Positions 39,292 to 52,345 of a stretch of 64,000 nucleotides of DNA are shown here, piece by piece (position 1 is the stretch's first letter; each line of letters opens with the position of its first letter). The stretch is from assembly GCF_001949145.1 (NCBI RefSeq), contig NW_019091357.1, positions 4,240,228-4,304,227 on the forward strand, read 5' to 3'. The stretch comes from Acanthaster planci. Its lineage: Eukaryota. Under the pieces are notes generated by a model. It ran no database searches. It was given only the letters and a program-made list of their open reading frames with translations, and was not told the DNA's origin. The translations under genes were made by a program, and so were the position numbers.

Positions 39292-42200
39292 TCAAAGTTC
39301 CCTAACAAAAGAACTTGTCCCCTGAACGCAGTGAATGTCTACCGACTTGTACTGAAAAGAATATCTACATGTTTCACAGGAATTTTCTACACCTGATGTA
39401 GAATTCAAATTAACGAATGCATGCAAGTTATCACAATGGTCTTTCAAAAACTTGTTGAGTGAATAATTACATGTAGCAAAAACTTATAATGGAAAATGAC
39501 AAATAAAAACTACATGTATGCTTTCCACTTCTCCAAGATTAGTAGGGTACATTTTTTTCCCAATCACTTAAATTAAGAGAGAAATTATTCAATCAGGCAG
39601 AATAGTGTATTCATTTTGATAGGCCTGGTCACACATTCTCTGAAAAAACTTAAACGTAGTGATATAGGATTTCACAAATGAACGATGGGCCGCTCCCACT
39701 CTGTCACCAGCCAACATCCTTCTACAGTAAATTACAAAACCATCTTCCACTAAATGAAGTTCAGTTCCTTCTTTAATTTCTGAGTTGTGTTTTTGAAATC
39801 GACCATAAATGACTCTCCTGAGACGGACATCAGAAAAAGTGGAGTTCCCGAGGAAGCGACAGTAAATCTGCCTGCATCAATATAACTGGCTAAGTCAAGG
39901 CAAGCCCTTTCAAGCAGTTAGTACACTGTAAACTGATACCCAAGGCAGTCCTGTTAATAAACAAAAAGGGCTTTTATGTGGCCAAGGGATTAAAACAGAG
40001 TAATGCAAGGGGGAACAAAAGGAGATTGAGAAGAGACATGGTGCACACATGCAGACATTTGCCAGAGCAATCTGTATGCCACTCACTTATCGCGTTAATG
40101 GCACGCCAAGCAATCAAGAGGACACAACACGTCTAGTTTGTCATCTGCACGCGTGAACGATCCCGCAAACTGGCCGACAGCGCACGGCCGTACATTGACA
40201 ATCAAACTGCGGTAATGATTTATTGATGGCCGAGGAACAGCACCGTGCCAGGTTCGTTAGCGGAGAGCCCTGTGCCTGCCTGCATGGCCGCTGGACGGTA
40301 GGTGTCGCTATTCACTTCCGACAAGGCTGGTACCAGGGGACAACCGGCCCCATGAAATGCAAATAAACTTACTGGTAAACACAAGCTGCAATGACATACA
40401 CACCGCGTAATTATAAAATTACCATGATTAAGCTGATCGGCTTCAAGATTATTATACATATTTATGTGAATATATCAGACAAGCACTTGATGATTCAGGC
40501 AATGCCACTGGACTCTTTCTTGATACACATTCATTAAAACACTGCAAAGAGCCAAACCTTCATAATTTTTCCATGAACTAAACAGGACACAATTTGAAGG
40601 TGTGGAACGAATCAGACATAAAAGGGAGTGAGTCATGGAACACCATTCAGTTTTTTAACTGCCAACAAGACAATTGATGATATTGTACTCATCTACATGT
40701 TTCTTTTTATATACTTTGTTGGCATAAAAAACAGTTGGTGACAGACCTTTTACTACCGTTCAGTCCCTGACTCTGGAATCATATTTTGATTGGCACAGGG
40801 GAGCGACAAGCATTGTCATATCTAAAATCTTAACAAGAAATCTTCCTCCAATGTGTTCAGAAAACTTCATTTTTTTCAAATTAGCATAAGGGATTAGTGA
40901 TAAAGGAAACTCTTTGACACAAATGTACCAATCTGTTAGTTATAATGAACTGTTTTGTTTATGGACTTCATTTGAATAAATTTACTTTAAACTGTTGTAT
41001 TGTGTCAGAACTTAAAACGTTCACAGTACTGTCAGATCTAATTAATGTATTGGTAATTTCAACATATTTTAGTCGAATTTTTATAAGTTTATGTAAAGTT
41101 GTTTGATCAAATTTTACTATGAATGAGCACAGTAAACATGTTACCATGTAGAAATATCGCAACCATACCACCTGCTTCCTACACGTACATTACTTTCTAT
41201 GTACATGTACATGTACATTGAATAAATTTATCCAAACTCTTTTCTTGCATCAATTTACATGTATGACCATCCGCTCTGCTATGATGGTTTTGCTTGTCTT
41301 ACTCTGTCTAATCCAAAAGCACAAATCATCCATATTTCAGCTTTACATCAGACCTACAAAAAGATGCATCAGTTTATGAGTACTGCCAGTGAGACACTAC
41401 TGCAAATAGATAAGTTGTGATGCGCATTCTTAATGAGGCCTACACACAGAGTCAGGAAATACTGGTGATGAGAAACGATGATGATGACGGCGATTAGCAT
41501 CACTGGACTTTTTTATGGGTTTGTCATCAGGCACAGGAATGGAGCATACCGGGATGATGAGACCCTACACAATTAATTCTAGACGTCGAACACTGTACTT
41601 TAGGGTAGCCTGCCCATCACTATCTGTTAATTGGACAGCAGTCCCTTTTGTTATGGAAATCAGTCCGAGGTGGAAGGGGGGGGGAGAAAACATGAAGTTA
41701 AGAGGCATTGATCTCAGCATAAAATTATATGGGCTCAATTGTGATGGTACCTTCATGAACTGGAAGCGGGAACTGGCGGAGAAAATAATTGGACCCACTG
41801 GGGCGCGACACCCACGATTATGTTTCTACCCTGTGTTTTATTAAATCCGTGAGCTGTAGAGGCATTACCTTCACGGGAAAAGATTGGGGGGGGGCAGTTA
41901 GACTCAGCTGTTACATACATCATATTTGTAACCATAGCAATAACCAGATGGTGGGCGGCTATTGGGGGAAAAGGTGAAAAAGAAAAAAAAGGAGCAAACT
42001 GTAGCATACATGTAGATCCAATCCAAATGCCACATGCATTATGAAAAAAAAGCTCCCTTAGGGTATATCAAGTGTTGGTGATTAGAAAAATGTAACCCTC
42101 TCAGGCACCAAAAAAAACTACTGTGCAGGCTTTTTTTCATAACAGTTTTGACAAGAACTGATGGGAAAAGCTGGCATTAGTAATGGATCTCAGTGTAGCA

Positions 42201-44446
42201 CTTACAGGGGAGAGTGAAGTTACTCCGAAAAATTAATTATCTAGTTGCCTCACTTCCAGAGCCCACTGTTGTCTCCAGCTATCTGAGCAACAAAAGCTCA
42301 GGGTTTCGGGGTGTGTTTTCACTGCTTTGTTCTAGAAGGACTTTGCAAATCAATATTTGGTGGAGCAGAAGATCTGCCCTTATGCATGCCACGCTGTCTG
42401 TTGTCATCTAACCACCACTAAGCTAAAAGAAAAGAGAGGCATCACATTACGTGGGTGACTTAGCGCAGCTGTACAATTCAAAATTGGCTGAAACTTGTTT
42501 TTCTAAGCATGCTTCCTCCCTGGATGAAATATTAAAATATTGATTGCGCCAACCCCTTTTTCTTTCTTTTTGGAATGGATGGTTTAGTAAGGATGAAATC
42601 TCCACTATAAGAGCATTAAAGATTCACCCCGGTACATGTACTGTATACATGTCATTCTAGGTGGAGTGCACCAATGAACATGGACAAGGTACATGTAGCT
42701 TAAGGTGCCATCACATTTTTAGCGGAGTGAATAATGAGAATATAATAAAGTTGTGATTTTAGTGAAAACAAAACTACAGCCTCCCTGCATTGTTCCATAC
42801 TGCACTGTATTATTTAAATAAGTGCAGAGTACAAAGAGGAATCATACATGTGTTCGCGTCAGAAGGTTTAGAAGGAAGAGCAATGTTCTCATTGAATGTT
42901 AAAATATCTTGACCAGTTTTTTTCTTTTGGGGGCTTTTTATCCAACTGTGGTATTCCTGGGTAAAACATTCTTCCAAACAACATTTAAATCATACATGTG
43001 CGAGTAGTTCTCCAGAAAATATACATGTAACTCTCTTTTTAAAAAAATTATTTCAACATACCCACGACAATCCCCTGAAAATGCCGGACCATAAAAAGAT
43101 CATGTGAACCCAATGCTCACGCTTTGCTTCGCTAATGTGATGCAGCCAAACGCGTGGTGGCGCACTGACCAGTAGCAGGTGCTACGCAGCAAGGCACTTG
43201 CTCTCACAGGTACCATTCCCACTTGTTCATGCGCATCCTTTGTTTTAATTGCAGTGGTGAGACTATGCGCTGAGTACATCATGCTGTCATTTATCAGTTC
43301 AGCTGTGTGTATATACAGGCACATTGTGAGCAGAGCGTCTTGTGCCTGATAGATAATTGATTTTGTAATCTTACTGGTATGCACGTCTCTGATATGGCAG
43401 TATTCATTTGCACGGTCGGCATATGGCAGGCTACAACTGTCCAGTTGATACTTGCAATGCGCTGAATATAATTAACAACACTACGTCAATTACATTACCA
43501 CTGGATGAGTTGTACATGTGAGCAGTGCACTATGCATGTGTTCATGCAGGCCGGAGACTTGGTGACTTAGAGGCTTCAATGCCAGGACGTTATTAGTGGA
43601 AGGAGCACGGTATTTTTAATGAGCAAGGTCCAGTGCTGCTTTGAAAAATTACCATTTTTGTAATAATTAATCAGTAAAAAAACCCTTATAGCAAGAATCA
43701 ATTTCAAAATTTCAGAAATGACTGATTTTACACTTTCTTCGTTCAGATGAAAAACGTGCATGCATGCACATGTATGACTCACCACAGTCCCCAAAAACAT
43801 TTACAGTATTCGGGTACATCGACAAGACAGCTAAGGCGTGCAAGAGGAAATTCGGAAAAGAGAAAAACTTCCAAATCGCATGTGACTTTGTTCAGGGTTT
43901 TCATTTCCTAATGGCAAGTTAAAAAGTGAGGAAATTGGCTGTTCCAAGGAAACCTTGCATGCCTAGCAGTGTTTGTCACTCGCACAAAGATTTCCTCTTT
44001 GCTGGGTCTACAGCCAGGCACCCCAAGCCGTTATTGGTTGATGAAGACGGCATCTCATTTCCTTTGATATACAGGTGTACATGTACTGTACATGTACATG
44101 AAATTGATTGCCTCAGAGTGGAGGTATCACACAAAGTTGGGATCCACAATCTTAGCAGTCTTTGAAACCTGATTTTCAAAATCAGTTTCATTATTATTTC
44201 CATCCTTTATGACTGTACATTCAACATTTTCAAGGAGTTGCCAGCCTGTAAGCAAATAATCAGTGAAATGAAAACTAAAGTCTCCACTTTCAATCCAACA
44301 AGATTAGAAGAACTAAGCTGAAATTAACAAACTTTTGTTAACATGATGAGAAAACTGTTACTTCTCGGAAGCATACAAGTACATGTACCTGTGCTGGTTT
44401 CTGACAATGCCTGATGCATTCTGATCCCGCGACTCAGATTCGAAGC

Positions 44447-44463
44447 AGCGCCCTCTGCTGGAC
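44447..44463 (-). promoter_or_regulatory. Strong CTCF consensus motif
   Basis: Reverse complement GTCCAGCAGAGGGCGCT is essentially the canonical CTCF core. Its CpG is retained in otherwise CpG-poor sequence. Confidence 0.6.
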
Positions 44464-46650
44464 TAATAAAGCCAGGCGGCTCACCTGGTGCATGAAAGAC
44501 AATAGGGTGAAAATTAATTCATGAATTATTGACAAACAGCGCCCACAGCCCCCGACCAAGGTGCCACACAACGGTGGGTTAACGCATTCACGTACATGTA
44601 CAAATGGACCTCTCAAGCAGGAAAGCAGTTTTCTGCATTCTAAGTATAGAGATGCAATTCGAGACCAAAAAATTAGTTATTTTTCTACATGGACAATGCC
44701 TCCCCCTACGTTGAAGTCCTTGAAGATAAAAACTTGACGAAAATTACATCGGAACTGATGGTTCATACCCCCAGAGATACTGTGGTATAACCCATCGAGG
44801 TAGTTCACCAGCTTCATCGCTGCAGTTAATAAGCCAACCGACACAGCCTGGCACTGCAGCTTTCACAATATCTACTGAATGAAACCCTGCCGTTTGAGAC
44901 ACAGACTGCAATGCAAATCAAGCATCGAACACGACAGCTCGTCATGTACATGTAGCACTACTTGATTGTACATGTACGATGCGTGTACCACTTCAGTATA
45001 CCATGGTGAGACAAGCAGAGAACAGATGGATGCAATACTTGAGCTGGCTGTACGGAACAAATTCACAGAAGCAGCGGTAAAGTGTCACAATGTATGCATG
45101 TGCCTGACACAAGCTACTGAGATGTCATCAAAGAAAGAGCCGTCTTATAATCAAGCTGTCTTTTGACAAGTTTAAAGATACACTAACATGCACATTTTTT
45201 AACAGAGTAATTAATTCAACTGTTTTTTGAGAATGTTTGCATCACTGGCTCCTTTGAACTTAGGAACAGTGGTTCAACACCACCCATGTTTGCAGGTTCA
45301 ACTCAGCATTTCACTAATGCTTGGACAGCAGTGTTCATAGAGATACTTGAGTTACATGTACATGTACATTTGCTTGTGCGGTATGGTCAATCATGAAGCA
45401 TCTTTTCCTTCCATTGTTAATACTTTTAAAATTCAAATTTTGTCAATGAATATTGAATATAACAAACTCAAGACTTCCCCTGTAGCTTCTCAGTTTGCCC
45501 ACTCAATTCAATGAAATCCCTGAGGGAGAGATATCAGAAAACCACGCAAAAACCTGGTTGTAACAGGTTTTGTTTTTCCAGAAAATGGACAAAATCAGTT
45601 GGACAATTTGGAAAACAGATTCAGCTTTGCAGGCAGGGGAAAACACTCAACAAGACACAAATAAAAAATGTCTCAATGTGAAACGTACACGTAAGTCACA
45701 GTGTAACAAATGGTTTACACAAATTCCATGACAAGCATACCGATACATCTTAAAGCCTGTTGAATACTTTCACTTGAGTTCAATTTCATGACACATGCAC
45801 GGAGAAAAAGTCAAACAGATCTCTTCTCTTAAAATGTCCTTCATCGTTAAAAACGACCTTCGGGTTTTCACTTTTTTCCAGAATCCAATTGGCCCTCATA
45901 TTTCAAATCACTCAAAAGTGTACTATGCAGTGTTGAGAAAAAGGTGGAAGAGAAACTCCCCTAAAATTCCAAGGTCTCATCTGCATTCATTTTGTTTACG
46001 GCATACGTCCATGTACCAGTACATGTACATGTGCATTCTATATAAATTCAAACACGAATTTATGGGCATTGATCTAACCCTGGATGATAAATTGCAACAC
46101 AGACCAAAAATATCACAACTGAAACATTATCAGTTCCTCAAGTGCCATAGCATTGAGTTTGCTTTTATCAGACCTCACCACTTCGTTGGCGCAAATACCG
46201 GAACTAAAACCAAAACCAAGGTACCGGTACTCAATAAAAAATGTAGTACAACAGATGGTAAACACGGCTCAGAACCCAAAGGATGTGTACTCTATTTTGT
46301 GGTTACTATGGAATAGGAAAAATTGTTTTAAAGGTGGCACAGCTGTTGTGGGAACTGGCACTTAATTGCATTGAATTTTACAAGGTAAAACATACAGTAG
46401 GCCTTTACGTGTACATACATGTACATGCATGCACATAGAAAGAAATTACAGAACAAAACAAAACTTCAGGCAGTGAGTTGTCTAAGTCAACATACAATCT
46501 CCTTAACAGCCTCATGGGCTTGCTCATGATACAATTTAAAAGATACTAGGGATTTTTCTACTCCAAATGAATCATGCTTAAATACTGTTGTTTCTTTTTG
46601 ATATGCTTCTCAAAAAAGTCTGAATTCATACATGCAATTCACTGTTATGT

Positions 46651-46745
46651 TGTTTTTCACAAGATTGACCAATATTAATTTTAAGACAATACTGTAGTCT
46701 AGCATTGTTTTTCACACAAGTAACCAGTATTAATTTTAAGACAAA
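46651..46745 (+). repeat. Imperfect ~55-bp tandem duplication
   Basis: TGTTTTTCACA...ACCA(A/G)TATTAATTTTAAGACAA occurs at 46651 and at 46706. Confidence 0.7.
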
Positions 46746-47222
46746 AGCCTTTCGCCCAACAAAGTGACAATGTTTGTGCACCAGGAGAAAAAATAAAAGA
46801 TCTGCCTTCTTGCTCAAGAGATGCAAACACAATCATAAATATTCAACAACATTCAAACTTGGATGAAATGTACATTGGCCACGTCGGTGACATAACTTTC
46901 CTCTCTCTTGGAGAAAGCTGATTTTCAAATCTCTCTGAAACTTTTGCATATACTGCTGACTGTCCATAAAGCGAAAGGAACTGTTTACACTAATCACTGC
47001 ATGTGAACGTTTCTCTTTTCACATAAACTTTAACCACAGTTTCAATATACCGGTAGACGTACATGTAGGCCTACATGTGGTCTTAAACTTTAAGATTCTC
47101 TTTCTTGATTCCTGGCAAATCTTTCACAGCTTACACTGGAATAAATCCTACATGTACATATGTAAGCCTTCCTTTCCTTATCAGCATACAAGTAATTGAA
47201 GCAAATATCACAAAAGTATTGC

Positions 47223-47395
47223 TCTTAATACTATTATATTACTATTTCTTAATACAATTACATTACTCTTACTATTTCTTAATACTATTACATTACTATT
47301 ACCTATTTCTTAATACTATTGCATTACTATTACTATTTCTTAATACATTACCTACAATTACCATTACTATTACCATTTCTTAAAAACTATTACAT
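47223..47395 (+). repeat. AT-rich minisatellite, ~30-bp unit, 5-6 copies
   Basis: Unit approximates CTATTTCTTAATACTATTACATTACTATTA and degenerates at both ends. It explains the L/Y/I-rich ORF 47105-47383. Confidence 0.9.
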
Positions 47396-50076
47396 CCTCT
47401 TTCCTAGCCACAAGCAACCTCACTCAATGAGGACTAGACATGTCTCGGTCTCTACAGTATTGCTGAAGAATACAGGAGGCACAAGGTACCGGTAGAATAC
47501 ACCAGGAGCACACTGGCCAAGGTTGCCCTTTATCAGATCATATGCTATATGGGTCCTCCAGGCATAGGCAGAGAACAAAATCAATACATTCATTAAACAC
47601 CAAATGGACAATTTCTGTGGTCAACCTGGATTGGATTTAAACAAATAAAACAAGTTTGCCGAAATGTACACTGTACATGGTTTATACCCGATCTTTTTAC
47701 TTGGAATGCATGTGTAGGGTACACGCACCCTCTATCTTTCTTGAGAGATACATAGATTTCATCATTTTGGAATGATTTTTCACTCAGTTTGCATTTATTC
47801 AAATTATTATGCACGGAAATTGATTCAAAACATCAAGAAATTTTCCGAAGAAAATGAACCACATTTCAAGATCTCCAATAAATGTTTAAAATGAAAACAT
47901 TTGCTGACGAAAATCAACGATTTGTGTCAATTTGGAATGCTGAAAGCAAGAGGTATACACCTGGGGGGAAGAATGATTGGAAATCCTATGCTATCCCAAC
48001 TCCTCTCCCTTCCAGACAAAAATACCAAGCCTCTGAAAATATTTCTGTTTTTTTGCTAGTAGAAGTGCTTGACTGGTACTCTCACAATGAGTGACCACGT
48101 TCTGAGGTTTAACTGCTCCTATTCCCTCCCTTAACACTTCCTACAGCAGCATCATTCTAAAATTCTAACACAAAACCCTCTGGCAGAACGAACCATCATG
48201 TGGCTCTGTTGTGAAACAACACTGACACCGTCTCCCTCTAGGTGCCAACGCTACCAGCCCCTGGGCCTAAGCTGACCCACATCTGTGCATTGGAGCAAAG
48301 CGCAAGCACCATTTCCTGAAATAAAGGCTCATTAACTTCGACCGCAATGATCTAAGTCTCTCCACCCCTCTCTCGGTCTCTTCCCGAGCCCGAGCCAACT
48401 CCCCAGCCCTGGCCCGACAGCAGAAAAATGATACCACGGCATCCCTTAATTCACTCATTTCCCCAAAGGCAAATTTAATTACATTAATTTATCAAGCCGA
48501 ATGTCAGATCCCACCCATTAGGGCTTGGCCGAGACCGGGCGGGCTGAGCTGGCCCCCTCTGCCCACCGCGGCACAGCGCGCCAAGCCAAGACGGTAGGTT
48601 CTCTCTCCATTTCTCCCCTTCTGTCAACAACATTTCTGGGCAAAGATCAAATCAAATTTCCCACTAAAAGGTGTCCTTCGGAGCAACCATGTCTATGAAG
48701 GGTTTACAAAAGGATGTGTAGAGCAATTCTTTCCTATGAAATGAGTAAATGATTAAGAGTGAGTGCTATGCTATTTCGACAATGGGGAGTTGGATTTCAA
48801 ATAAAGAAAATTTTCAGTAATAACAGACCAGTCTTTGTGCAGTGTGTTTTCAGAGTGATTAAAGAGGAGCACTTTTACATGTATTTCAATTCTATGGAGT
48901 GGCCATCGAACCGAGCTTAATGCTGATAGGTCAGTTTGCTTTTGGCAATTTTCTTTATCATGATGTTTCAGTAAACTCCACAAAATCAAGCCTACAAAAA
49001 GTTTAATTTTCAACTTCACATACCACTGCCGGGGAAAGCCAATGAATAGCATGTTTTTTTATCGTCAGTAATTTTCAACAGAATGCACACAAAACTGTGG
49101 CAGGAAGTCCAGGCAGTATTTGTGTGAGTGAAGCAAACTTCAGCATGAAGTGCGTACAATGATAAACTGCTCTGAAATGCCCTCAACCAAACAACACATT
49201 CCCTTGCCACTGCCACTGGAAGATGTTAGTCTTGGCTCAAGATGACACGTACACTTGTCATGATCGATTTGGGATTGTCCAGAACCAGCCTGGGCCTGGC
49301 TGTGAAAAGAATATCTTCACGTTTTGACTCTGTCAAAAGTAAGAGTGAGTAAATAGGATGGTAATTAACCAGCTACATGAACGTGAGGGTGCCCTTCCAT
49401 GAAAATTGGCAGCACTGCTGCAGCAGTCCACTAGCAAACATCGGCAACTTGTCCAAGAACAGGGCACACAGTTGCCAAAAGGGAACCACAACATATATGA
49501 ACATTTGTACAAGTACTGTACAAGAATCTCAGTTTAACAGTAGTTATTCAAGCAAACAGACAAATGCAATGAAGTCAGTATGCTTGAAGACAGTCAACTG
49601 GAGACTTTCCATGACCGGAATAAAAACTCAATTCAGACTGCTTCAGCATGCACTAAATAAAAGTACTTAGTTTTATGGTTTGGCGTTATTAAATGCCCAA
49701 AGAAACCCCATCCTGGAGAAACACACCTGACTGAAGCGTGCCACTCATATGCCCTGGCGAGCCCTCAACATACATGTATACCTTAATGCCTTCTTGCAGT
49801 AATGGCAATAATATTGATGCTCATCAGGTCCAGCGATGGAGACACTCCATTATATTATTGCTGGCAACTATACACCGGGACACCCCAAAATGACACTGCG
49901 TGCACGCATGGCTGGCTCCACAACCCTTTACTTCCCCCCTCCAGCCAATCAAACATTGCCGGCACGATCTTCGCCTCACAATCAAGGACTTTTCCTCTGC
50001 GTCGATAATCCGTTTAGGAAATTGAACTACAGTCCCGCACTCATCCCTGCAGTCACAATTATTACCCGAGCGCTCC

Positions 50077-50100
50077 CTCTCTCTCTCTCTCTCTCTCTCT
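50077..50100 (+). repeat. (CT)12 microsatellite
   Basis: Direct read; it sits inside a CpG-rich island. Confidence 0.95.
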
Positions 50101-51409
50101 GTCTCTTCCTCCCTCTGTCGCTCATCTCGCGCGTTCCTCCCGCACTGCCGGGGACAAAAGCACGTAATTACTCAACTCTCTCCACTATTAATCATTATTG
50201 AACGGCACTGGAGTCCTTGGCACACAATGGTTTCTGGTGTGTTACCCGGGCAACCCCAAATGATAGAAAAATCCCACCTATGGAAAAAAAAGGAGCGAGG
50301 CGCATGACCAAAAAAAAAAAAAACGGTTGCATAGCTGTGTCTACATGCGTAGCGGTGTCAGCGGTTGATAACGGAGTAGAAAATTGCTCGAGCTTCTGCC
50401 AGCCCCGGCATTTTATTGATTGCCGTTATACGGCGTTCATAATTCTTGCGAACAATGAGTGCACAGGGGTATGATGTTTTGACAGCGAGATGCAGTGGGG
50501 GGGAAGAGGGGGGAAGCTGCTCCCCGCCGCACTCGAGACCTGCATATCAAAGGTCGCTCGCTTGTATCGCCGTTGTGTGATCAGCTGAAACTAGCCCGGG
50601 TATTACACTTTACGCAAACCACAAGAATAAGAAGCAGTGGAGGGGGGAAGGGGGAAGGTCTAGTAAGAAGAGGTCCCATCATCCAATCTGCCCACCGTGC
50701 AAAGCCTATTAACACGGAACATCGGGGCGAGCGGCCGGCGAAACAGCAAAATTGGTCCGGAGAAGTGCTGCCAGCGTTTCATTTCCGTTCACAATTAATG
50801 CAGGGACACGCACGGCACTCGCCCCAACGGGGGTGTTTCTCCCAGCAACACCATACACGCTAACCACCTCTCCACACATACACACACACACAAAAATCAA
50901 TTCGGTTATGAAAGACCCCGGCGTAGCTGTCATCCGAGGGGTGTTCGCTTACAACAAGTGGAAGATAGTAATTACACGCTCTTCCGCGGAAAATCTCAGT
51001 TGCGTATACATACACAGGCGCTGCGCAGAGAGTAAGGGACAGGGGATATTTTTGTTAGGATAAACGGCCAGTGCGCTGAGGCTTTCACTTAAATTGGAAA
51101 TACTTTCACAATTACCACACGGGATCATCAATTTGGTAATCAGTGCCAAAATGGGGTTCATTTTTGTTTCGCCGCGTGAATAAATGACAAGGGAAAATAA
51201 ACCATACATGCACATGTCGGTTTACTGTTTGCTATACTACGCTACAGATTGCAAGGCCTGTGCTGATATGAGTGAATAAAAACATCTTCTTTTCCAGAGT
51301 GTTGTTTGAGTTTTGTTGTTTTAAGTTTAAGTCACACATTTGCATGATTTCCAAAATGAAAAATTTCTTGAGTTACCAGAATCAAGCATGGTGGTACATC
51401 AGTAACTTC

Positions 51410-51704
51410 CCCTGGTCAAAATTTCTGCACAAATTCCTGTGTTATTTTTATTGAAAACAGATTGCTATTCTGTTTTTGTGCCCAAAAATAGAATTAAATC
51501 ATGTTGGATTCTGTTTTCAGCAAAAACACGTCTGTTAGCCCCTGTTTTGTTCCTGTTTTCTGCACAGAAACCTATTTTTTCCCTGTGTCTCCTACATACT
51601 GTTTTCTTATTGGTTTTATTTTTGTTTTTTTTACTTTGACAATTTTTCAATCCTGCTGCCCTGTTTTCTAACTGTTTGGGGGAGACTCAGAATTTTGTCT
51701 AAGA
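51410..51704. mobile_element. Degenerate MITE-like repeat with CTGTTTT sub-repeats
   Basis: Left CCCTGGTCAAAATTTCTG versus right CAGAATTTTGTCTAAGA (imperfect TIR). The interior is dominated by repeated CTGTTTT motifs. Confidence 0.3.
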
Positions 51705-52345
51705 CCACCATCCTGTTTTATTGCTGTTTTTGAGGGGCTTGACCTTTCCCAGACTTCACAACATATCCTTTAACCTCTGAGTGACCTTTGGGATTGTGGG
51801 AAATTTGATTTCAGTTACAGTTTGAATCACACTCAGCAGTAGGACAGGGACAGCTGGACAGCACAGTCAAGCACCGTGATAAATGCTCACTGTTTTTAAT
51901 CTATAGTAAGAGAGGAAATGGTGTAATTAACAGATTAAGAGATGTAGAAAATAGTATCACTGCAGTATGATTGTTTAACCCATGTTTTGTTGATTTTGGC
52001 CTACCGGCATGTGGTCGATAGCAGTGTATTTTAGAAAAATATAGAAAGATGGCAAGAAGAAAGCTGTCTAAAACTGATCAGTTTGAAATGTTCTATATCC
52101 TTCATGTCCCTGTAAGCTTGCGTGAGTGAACTGTATTTCAGATTGGATAAACTGATCATTGCATGAATTAGCAGTATACATGTCATTTGGAAGGTTTGCA
52201 TGGTGAGGTGCCAATCAACTAGTAGGGTTTAGTGTTACACCGAGTAGGCCTATAAACTCCGTGAGTGTCTCACCGATGACGGGCCGAGCATCATTCTGAT
52301 GATGGGCAAAGCATACTGCCCGAAATGTAGAGTTACCGGTAACAT

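Noticed and set aside
40968..41171. ORF ending SSDTIQQFKVNLFK, faintly like a LINE ORF2 C-terminus
   Set aside because: It lacks the diagnostic LWN.LP motif and any recognisable 3' tail; too weak to call.
45795..46316. 173-aa ORF
   Set aside because: No recognisable motif; it crosses TACATGTA/TACCGGTA words and repeat-like AT-rich sequence.
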